DNA of 64,000 nucleotides from an uncultured Candidatus Saccharibacteria bacterium (GTDB lineage Bacteria; Patescibacteriota; Saccharimonadia; CAILAD01; BJGX01): NCBI GenBank assembly GCA_964610335.1, contig CAZSVP010000001.1, positions 287,442 to 351,441 of the forward strand, read 5' to 3'. Shown piece by piece: positions 57,135 to 64,000 of this stretch (position 1 is its first letter; each line of letters starts with the position of its first letter). The notes under the pieces were generated by a model. It saw only the letters and a program-made list of their open reading frames with translations, ran no database searches and was not told where the DNA came from. The position numbers and the translations under genes were made by a program.

Positions 57135-57348
57135 ATTGATATAATGTAGCTACGCTCTGCAACGTACGGGTCTAGGATGTTTCCTAGATGCAGCTACATA
57201 ACTTTTTCTTCTTATCACTTCATCTTGGGCGACCTAGATTACTCGCCGCCGCGGCGGCCGATGTTGCGGATGCCCACCAGCGTAATGCGGGGAAAAGATG
57301 TTATGTGTGACCTTAGCTGTACCGGCGCTTGCGGAGAGACATTATCTG

Positions 57349-57891
57349 TTAAATTCCAAATTTCCGCCTGTAGTCGCTTGCTCCATCTATCTGGGTAGCG
57401 ACAATTAGGCGGATTTCTTTTTTGATACCTAGCTGCTTGCGAAGTGCAATTATAAGATCAGCCGGGTTGTAGGGGAGCAGCCATACACCGCCACTGTAAC
57501 TAATGAAACCATGGCGCTTCAGTGTGATGATAAGTAAGTTGCGAATAGACTTGTGCGACTCTGGCAAATCAAATGTTACCAAGTACCAGTGACCATCGAA
57601 GCGTGGCAATATATCAACCTTCAGTGCTTGGTAGCGCTGAAGTTTTTGAGTACCTTTGTGGCTGAGTTTGTAAACGCGTTCACCATCGAGCATACCGACT
57701 GTAATAAAACCCTGTCGGGCCAGTAGGCCACAGGTGTCGATGAGGCGACGGCGAGGCGATGAACTACCAGCTCCACTCGGATACATCCGTAATAAAGATT
57801 TAGCGGCCGCGATCTCGCTGCTTGTTACAACTGATCGGGCCGCTATGTAGTTCAATACCTCACGTGTCTTGTTGAGATATGTTGCACACAT
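57349..57891 (-). CDS. Winged-helix regulator with a C-terminal alpha/beta domain (PaaX-like / Cas2-VapD-like fold?)
   Basis: N-terminal wHTH (…GLLARQGFITVGMLDGERVYKLSHKG…). C-terminal …HWYLVTFDLPESHKSIRNLLIITLKRHGFISYSGGVWLLP… is reminiscent of PaaX_C/Cas2-like folds. Assignment uncertain. Confidence 0.3.
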   Translation of the reverse strand: MCATYLNKTREVLNYIAARSVVTSSEIAAAKSLLRMYPSGAGSSSPRRRLIDTCGLLARQGFITVGMLDGERVYKLSHKGTQKLQRYQALKVDILPRFDGHWYLVTFDLPESHKSIRNLLIITLKRHGFISYSGGVWLLPYNPADLIIALRKQLGIKKEIRLIVATQIDGASDYRRKFGI

Positions 57892-58166
57892 AAAACTACT
57901 AAAAGGGTTACATAAGTATTATGCCGCAGCACAAGTGTTATGTAAATAGTTATGTTAGAGTTTTTTACAAAAAGTGATTTCCGATCTGTAAATTACGGAA
58001 GACTCATGTACAGAATTATATTTTCATTTGGCAACTATGTCTGAGCATACAAATTTGTGACAAAACCGAACAAAAGGTACTATTAGTGTCAAACATTCTT
58101 GACACTGTGGATAAGTAGGAAAACTACCTTTACAGTCATCTAAATAACAGCTAGCATAAGAGTAAT

Positions 58167-58982
58167 ATGCCAGAACCAAACAATGAGTACTCATATCTGG
58201 ATGAATCAGTTGGTAACCGCGAACGAGCGGTTCATGAACCTGTTTTTGGTAAGTTAGTGCCAGATGATCGTGTGAATTATGCTCGGGAAGACGTCGTTGG
58301 CTATCCATACCAGAATGAAACTCTCTCTGGGGCAATTGAACGTGAGAGGGGTATAAGTAGGGAGAGATTGGAGCGGGCGCGCCAGGATTTGGATGCCAAA
58401 ATTGTGGCCGGTAAGGCAGAGTACTTCGATACTAAAGAGAGGGAGAGATTGGAGGAGCGTGACTATATACCAAGTAGACTGGAGCAATCACGCGATATTT
58501 TGCTAGAGGCGCAGAGCATGCTGGGCGAGCTATACGACTCAAACCCAGATCGTTTTAATCAAATGACTGTACGGGAATGGTTACAGTACACAGAACAAGT
58601 CCGTGAGGCGTTGTGGCAGTTGTATAAGGCACGGGAAGAACAGCGCATTTTTCATTTGAGTCTGAGGCATATCGACGAGTTAGATGAAAAGCTTCAAACC
58701 GGACCACAGGAGGGCGAACCACCTGTTACTGCTAAACAACTAATTGATAGCATTACCTACTTTGATCAAGGTTTAATGGCTGGCGGTCTAGGTAATCATC
58801 TGAACCGTGAATTGCAACAAGTTTTCTTGGGTGACCCAAACCGTACTGTTGTACAGATATTCCAGGAAGCCAGACAATATCTGCACAATGTGGGCGAAAC
58901 TGAAGCTGCTAGACGTGTACAAGAGGCTGAGCACAACTACCTAAGTCACTATCTCCCTCAATCCCAAGAAAACGCTGCCTGA
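58167..58982 (+). CDS. Hypothetical charged/coiled-coil protein
   Basis: 271 aa, highly charged (ERERLEERD…), no known motif. Divergent from the wHTH gene, immediately upstream of tRNA-Pro. Confidence 0.4.
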   Translation: MPEPNNEYSYLDESVGNRERAVHEPVFGKLVPDDRVNYAREDVVGYPYQNETLSGAIERERGISRERLERARQDLDAKIVAGKAEYFDTKERERLEERDYIPSRLEQSRDILLEAQSMLGELYDSNPDRFNQMTVREWLQYTEQVREALWQLYKAREEQRIFHLSLRHIDELDEKLQTGPQEGEPPVTAKQLIDSITYFDQGLMAGGLGNHLNRELQQVFLGDPNRTVVQIFQEARQYLHNVGETEAARRVQEAEHNYLSHYLPQSQENAA

Positions 58983-59001
58983 TCTGGTATAATGGTCTGA
59001 T

Positions 59002-59077
59002 CGGGGTGTGGCGCAGTTGGTAGCGCGTACGGCTGGGGGCCGTGAGGTCGCAGGTTCAAGTCCTGTCACCCCGACCA
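59002..59077 (+). tRNA. tRNA-Pro (anticodon GGG)
   Basis: Hand-folded: acceptor CGGGGTG/CACCCCG, D arm gcgcagttggtagcgc, anticodon stem tacgg/ccgtg with loop ctGGGgg, T arm gcaggttcaagtcctgt, CCA encoded. Confidence 0.8.
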
Positions 59078-59159
59078 ATTGTGGGCGCTCAAAAAAGCGA
59101 GCTTCCGCAATTGGTAAGGTATGATTGAACCTGCGGAATATAGTTGCCGTAGGCAACGA

Positions 59160-59270
59160 GCAGGTTAGCCCGAGTGAAACTCGAGCGCTGTCCTGTCACC
59201 CCGACCAGAAATGTCTTAAATCTGCGCGCAGGTTAGCAAGAATAAAATATCTGGCGCTGTCCTGCCACCA
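59160..59270 (+). repeat. Two degenerate tandem copies of the tRNA-Pro 3' half (GCAGGTT…GTCCTGYCACC(CCGA)CCA)
   Basis: Copy 2 at 59160-59207 ends gtcctgtcaccccgacca, identical to tRNA nt 60-76. Copy 3 at 59228-59270 ends gtcctgccacca. Both start gcaggttagc, like the tRNA T-stem gcaggtt. Confidence 0.55.
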
Positions 59271-59461
59271 AACTAGCTATGCTTTACTATTGCGTTTACC
59301 TATTGTTAGATGAGAGCTATGAGATTACGTTATCTGGTAGTAGGATTAATACTTTTTGGCTATGTTTACTATGTGCATGCAGCTTCACAATTAGTGAACT
59401 CGCAACTACAGCAACTTAAGCATGTATATCTCGAACTTCCAGTCCAAATTGCCCAACAAAA

Positions 59462-59896
59462 GTGATGTATACTAGGGTGATGGATGAATCTATTTATACT
59501 AGAATTCGTAAACGAGAAATACCTGGGTATATCTTATATGAGGACAATATTTGTTTTGTAATCCTTACCATCCAGCCACATCACCCTGGTCATGTATTGG
59601 TAATACCAGTTGAGGAAGTGGTAGATTGGGAAGACATGAAATCTGAAGATTGGGCGCATCTTATGAAAGTAACTCAGCAATTTGGAATGGTAATCAAAAA
59701 GCTATATCAACCGCCCAAGATAGGGTTGGCAGCAGTTGGCTTCGAGATACCCCATGTTCATATTCATGTAATTCCACTGTTTGAAATAGCCGATATTGAC
59801 CATGACAGGGCTAAGCAAGCAGAACCTGCTGATCTGGCCAAAGAGGCTGATAAGTTACGAGCAGCCATCAAAGCCCAAGGCGGTATCAAGATATGA
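59462..59896 (+). CDS. HIT-family (histidine triad) nucleotide hydrolase
   Basis: Histidine triad …IPHVHIHVIP… and …HPGHVLVIP…. 144 aa. Confidence 0.8.
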   Translation: MMYTRVMDESIYTRIRKREIPGYILYEDNICFVILTIQPHHPGHVLVIPVEEVVDWEDMKSEDWAHLMKVTQQFGMVIKKLYQPPKIGLAAVGFEIPHVHIHVIPLFEIADIDHDRAKQAEPADLAKEADKLRAAIKAQGGIKI

Positions 59897-60681
59897 TGTT
59901 TTTTGAAGTAGTGCTACTAGCCATTATTCAAGCCATCACCGAGTTTGTACCAATTAGCTCTAGTGCACACCTTTTGCTTACTCCTTGGTTGTTTAATTGG
60001 CCAAATCCAGGCTTGGCATTTGATGCTGCAATACACATCGGCACTGCTGCTGCATTGGTAGTGTTTTTCTGGAAAGATTTTGCAAGACTTATCAAAACGC
60101 GTGATAAGCTTTTGTGGTACATACTTGTAGCCAGTATACCTGCAGCCTTACTTGGTTTTTTTGGTGACAAGCTAATCGAGAAAACTCTTCACGAGGCATC
60201 ATACGCGCCGTTGGTAGTCGGCCTTGGACTGATGTTTTTTGGTGTGGTTCTATATCTAGTGGACCATTTTGCCAAGAAAGAAAAAGACATCACCCAAATG
60301 AGTTGGTTTGATAGCTTGTTTGTAGGATTTGCTCAGGCCTTGGCTCTGGTACCAGGTACATCTCGATCAGGAATTACTATTACTGCTGGTCTACTTATGG
60401 GCTACACTCGAGAGGAAGCGGCAAGATTTAGCTTCTTACTAGCAACGCCAATCTCACTAGGTGCTGGTGTATACAAACTTTATGATATTGCCAAACATCC
60501 TGCCGAAGCCCATACGTCGCTGTGGCTAACTATTGTAGGTATAATCGTTGCATTTGCTGCAGGGATAGTAGTGATAAAATGGTTGCTTGATTACTTACGC
60601 AAGCATAGCATGTTGATATTTGTTGTATATCGACTTGTGGTAGGGGCATTGATTGTTGTGGTGTGGTGGTGGCGTCGATGA
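59893..60681 (+). CDS. uppP: Undecaprenyl-diphosphate phosphatase
   Basis: BacA signature …EFVPISSSAHLLL… and …PGTSRSGITITAGLL…. 262 aa, 8 TM. Confidence 0.9.
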   Translation: MMFFEVVLLAIIQAITEFVPISSSAHLLLTPWLFNWPNPGLAFDAAIHIGTAAALVVFFWKDFARLIKTRDKLLWYILVASIPAALLGFFGDKLIEKTLHEASYAPLVVGLGLMFFGVVLYLVDHFAKKEKDITQMSWFDSLFVGFAQALALVPGTSRSGITITAGLLMGYTREEAARFSFLLATPISLGAGVYKLYDIAKHPAEAHTSLWLTIVGIIVAFAAGIVVIKWLLDYLRKHSMLIFVVYRLVVGALIVVVWWWRR

Positions 60682-61085
60682 GTAAGACTGTACAAGTGTT
60701 TTGCGATGGTGGATCTCGTGGCAATCCTGGCCCTGCCGCGGCCGGAGCGGTGATACTGCGAGACAAAGAGGTAATAGCCGAGTTACAAGACTACTTGGGT
60801 GTTGCAACCAACAATGTCGCAGAATATTCGGCAGTGATATTGGCTTTGCGCAAACTGCATGAACTGAAACTTACAAAAGCAGATTTCTTTTTGGATAGTG
60901 AGCTAGTAGTTCGTCAACTTACAGGCATCTACAAAGTTAAAAACCCAGATATGAAGTTGTTGTATAACCAGGTACAAAAGCTATCTGCGGGGCTAGAGCT
61001 GAACTTCACACATGTGCTGCGGGCCAATAATAAGCACGCTGACGCTATGGTAAATGAATGTCTCGATAAGCAATCGACAAAATAG
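60663..61085 (+). CDS. rnhA: Ribonuclease HI
   Basis: …VFCDGGSRGNPGPAAAGAVI… DEDD-type RNase H fold. 140 aa. Confidence 0.8.
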   Translation: MVVASMSKTVQVFCDGGSRGNPGPAAAGAVILRDKEVIAELQDYLGVATNNVAEYSAVILALRKLHELKLTKADFFLDSELVVRQLTGIYKVKNPDMKLLYNQVQKLSAGLELNFTHVLRANNKHADAMVNECLDKQSTK

Positions 61086-61109
61086 TGTATTTATGTTATA
61101 GTATGGATC

Positions 61110-61506
61110 GCTTCATACGTAACTGGGTAATCGCCTCGCTTGTCGGGGAGGAAAGTCCGAACAGCATAGAGCAAGATGGTTGCTAACGGCAACCGGGAGT
61201 AATCCTAGGGAAAGTGCCACAGAGACTATACCGTTCCGGTTTAACCGGAATAAGGGTGAAAAGAGTGCGGTAAGAGCGCACAACTTCTGGTGGTGACACC
61301 AGATGGAAGGTAAACCCCATCTGCTGCAAGATTATGGGCCCGTTTCTTTTTTTGAGAAGAGGTTGCTCGCCTTTAGGGCTGATCGCACCATTGCGATGTA
61401 ACAGTCGCAGGGTCGTTTTGACAGGTAATGTCAGAGTGCAAGATAGATGATTACCGTCTCGGTTTTACCGGGATACAAAATTCGGCTTATAGGTTGCGTA
61501 TGAAGC
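61110..61506 (+). ncRNA. rnpB: RNase P RNA (bacterial type A-like)
   Basis: Universal motifs GGAGGAAAGTCCG (P4 5' strand), AGGGTGAAA…GTGCGGTAAGAGCGCAC (P10-12 region), ACAAAATTCGGCTTATA (P4 3' strand). The 5' (gcttcatacg) and 3' (cgtatgaagc) ends pair as P1. Confidence 0.8.
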
Positions 61507-61554
61507 CGCTATTATTTATGCTTTCTTACGGATGGCCATGGTACAATATCAGCT

Positions 61555-62973
61555 ATGAAAAAGCGCAGTGAATTGGTGTTTAATCTTCTTCAAGTACCAC
61601 TTGATGGTTTTATGATTATTGCTGGCTTTGTGCTGGCATATTTTATTCGAGAAGGCCAGGATAAGCCATTTGTATACTTTACATCGGGCTATAATTATCT
61701 GACTTACATGATAGTACTTTTGCCAGTATGGATTGGATTATTTGCAGTACTTGGCCTGTACAGCTTTGGCTCGGTAAGGTCGCGATTCCATGAAATCGGT
61801 AGGATTATTAGTGCAACAGCTGCTACCACGATGGTTCTTATTATCATTGACTTCTTTACAACAGAACCGATCTTTCCTGCTAAAAGCATACCGATATATG
61901 GTTTTATACTCAGTACAGCATTAGTGATATTTGGTCGATTGGTGCTGAATAGCATCCAGCGTTTTTTGTTTAGATTTGGTTTAGGATCGTATCACATTGT
62001 TTTGCTAGGCAAAAACGGTGTATCGCAAACCTTGCTAGATTCATACCGTAAGTCTTATCCTGACTTTTCGGTAAAACTACGTAAGGTCGATTTGAACAAA
62101 CAGCCTATTAACAAAGTGTTGAATAACATCGACGAGCATCACATTGATCAGTTGGTAGTAACACAAACTGATATTGATGAGTCATCTTTAATAGAAATTG
62201 CGAACTTTTGTGAATTACACAACGTTACTCTGAAATTTGTGCCCACCATATCTAATTTCTTTGCGTCTGCCATGGTATCTGAGCAAGTTGGCGATGTATC
62301 CGTATTGGAGATTCGCAGAACTCCGTTAGAAGGATGGGGCAGAATAATTAAGCGTATTACAGATGTATTGCTTTCACTAGCCGCATTGATCGTATTGTCG
62401 CCTGTATTTCTGATAATAGCGATTATCCAAAAGTTTACCAACCCTGGTCCGATCCTGTATATGCATAAACGGATTTCGCGATCAGGTAGACCATTTAACA
62501 TTTACAAGTTTCGATCCATGAAGATCGAATACTGTACTGGCGGAAAGTACAGTGGCAAAAGTGATCTGGAAGTACTTAAGACCTTTAATGATCCTAAGCT
62601 AATTGAAGAGTGGAAGCGTGATCAGAAACTTACGAAAGATCCGAGGGTGAGTAAGATTGGACGATTCTTGCGCAAAACGAGTCTAGATGAGCTCCCCCAG
62701 CTTCTAAATATACTCAAAGGTGATATTAGCATTGTTGGTCCTCGGCCAATAGTTGAAAGTGAGCTAGATCGTTACGGACAGCATTCGAGTCTGTTCTTGA
62801 TGATAAAACCAGGATTAACTGGCCTCTGGCAGGTTTCAGGGCGCAATGATGTTAGTTACGATGAAAGAGTAAAACTTGATATTTACTACATTGAACATTG
62901 GAGTTTGTGGTTGGATCTCAAGATATTACTTCAAACATTTTGGATGGTGCTGCATGGGCAAAACGGTTATTAA
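61555..62973 (+). CDS. Polyprenyl-phosphate hexose-1-phosphate transferase (bacterial sugar transferase, WbaP/WcaJ-like)
   Basis: Four N-terminal TMs plus a C-terminal catalytic domain …[12 protein letters not shown]…[21 protein letters not shown]…. 472 aa. Confidence 0.8.
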   Translation: MKKRSELVFNLLQVPLDGFMIIAGFVLAYFIREGQDKPFVYFTSGYNYLTYMIVLLPVWIGLFAVLGLYSFGSVRSRFHEIGRIISATAATTMVLIIIDFFTTEPIFPAKSIPIYGFILSTALVIFGRLVLNSIQRFLFRFGLGSYHIVLLGKNGVSQTLLDSYRKSYPDFSVKLRKVDLNKQPINKVLNNIDEHHIDQLVVTQTDIDESSLIEIANFCELHNVTLKFVPTISNFFASAMVSEQVGDVSVLEIRRTPLEGWGRIIKRITDVLLSLAALIVLSPVFLIIAIIQKFTNPGPILYMHKRISRSGRPFNIYKFRSMKIEYCTGGKYSGKSDLEVLKTFNDPKLIEEWKRDQKLTKDPRVSKIGRFLRKTSLDELPQLLNILKGDISIVGPRPIVESELDRYGQHSSLFLMIKPGLTGLWQVSGRNDVSYDERVKLDIYYIEHWSLWLDLKILLQTFWMVLHGQNGY

Positions 62974-64000
62974 ACCAAAAGTAGCAATTGTCCACGACTG
63001 GTTAACAAACCTGGGTGGTGCAGAGCGTGTAGTACTTACAATGTCTGAGATGTTTCCGGATGCCCCAATATACACAAGTGTCTATAATCCTGATAAGTTA
63101 CCGGAATATAAAGATAAGAATGTGATAGTGTCGTTCCTACAACATATGCCATTAGCCAAGAAGAAGCATCAACTCTTTCCTATGCTTCGACAGCTTGCTT
63201 TTGAGAGTTTCGATTTTTCTAGCTACGATCTTGTAATTAGTTCCACCAGCGCCGAAGCTAAGGGTATTATCACTCCTACCGAGACCAAGCATATTAGCTA
63301 TGTAAATACTCCAACTCGTTACTACTGGAGTGGCTATCAAAACTATTTGGATCAACCTGGTATGGGAGCGTTTAACCCTCTAGCCAAAGCAGTTTTAAAG
63401 CGAAATATTAAGAAACTACGCCGGTGGGACTATGCTGCAGCTCAAAGACCTGATCTGTTATTGGCAAATTCTAAGAACGTTCAGGCGCGTATACTTAAGT
63501 ACTACGAGAGGGATTCGATTGTGGTATATCCATCTGTAGATACCGAGAGATTTAAACGAACTGGCGCTAGTCAACAAGGTGACTATTACCTAGTAGTATC
63601 ACGGTTAATTCCTTACAAGAAGGTAGATCTTGCTGTTAAGGCAGCCACTAGGCTCGGTAAGAAGCTTGTTGTGATAGGGACTGGGAGTGAGTTGAAGAAT
63701 CTCCAGCAAATGGCTGGCCCAACAGTACGTTTTCTTGGCTTTCTAGATGATGTTACAACTCGCAGTTACTACCTCGGGTGCAAGGCGTTTATTTTTCCTG
63801 CTGAAGAGGATTTTGGAATTACACCGGTCGAAGCAATGGCTGCCGGTAAACCAGTTTTGTACTACAAAATGGGGGGAGCGACTGAAACCGTGATTGATGG
63901 CGTTACCGGCATCGGCTTTGCTAACCAGACTGTAGATTCACTATGTGGCGCAATTGAAAAATTTGAATCTAAGAAGCTAAATGAGAAAGAAATAATCAAT
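62955..64000 (+). CDS. GT4-family glycosyltransferase (partial; runs off window end)
   Basis: Frame is open from the ATG at 62955 to the window end. Signature …EDFGITPVEAMAAGKPV…. Overlaps the upstream gene stop. Confidence 0.75.

Noticed and set aside
57177-57398. 73-aa + strand ORF in the M50/wHTH intergenic region
   Set aside because: No RBS, odd composition. The region is better explained as structured non-coding DNA.
1-64000. CRISPR arrays, transposases and IS elements
   Set aside because: No regularly spaced direct repeats and no transposase-like ORFs were found by eye. The only repeats are tRNA-Pro 3' fragments, the cassette junction motif and a 24-nt coding duplication.

Overview
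The window reads as a low-GC (roughly 40-47% by hand count of sample lines), gene-dense bacterial chromosome. It carries a complete type IV pilus locus with no pilQ secretin and a MurT/GatD pair, i.e. a monoderm-like envelope. Housekeeping genes present include ftsK, recA-recX, rpsF-ssb-rpsR, efp, ychF, mnmG, ndk, thrS, miaA, uppP, rnhA and RNase P RNA. The overall content is consistent with a small-genome Patescibacteria/Saccharibacteria-like (or other Gram-positive-type) organism; this is an inference from gene content only. There are six tRNAs (Arg-CCT, Asp-GTC, Thr-CGT, Gly-CCC, Val-GAC, Pro-GGG) and an rnpB gene. The most striking feature is a compositional mosaic: at least six sharply bounded segments of much higher GC (about 60% by hand count). 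Their hypothetical genes are driven by AT-rich, host-like promoters and end in GC-rich hairpins that lack T-tracts. The largest segment (about 35.3-39.8 kb) splits into two arms on either side of a host-like tRNA-Asp. Its left arm is a tandem array of small minus-strand gene cassettes (a small-alarmone-hydrolase-like HD protein, a Cys-rich protein and a small ORF), each preceded by the same approx. 14-nt junction motif and its own sigma70-like promoter. An AlkB-like dioxygenase, a MOSC-domain operon and several zinc-ribbon proteins are also in high-GC DNA. The 3' end of tRNA-Pro is followed by two degenerate tandem copies of the tRNA 3' half, resembling integration/excision scars. No CRISPR array or transposase was seen.
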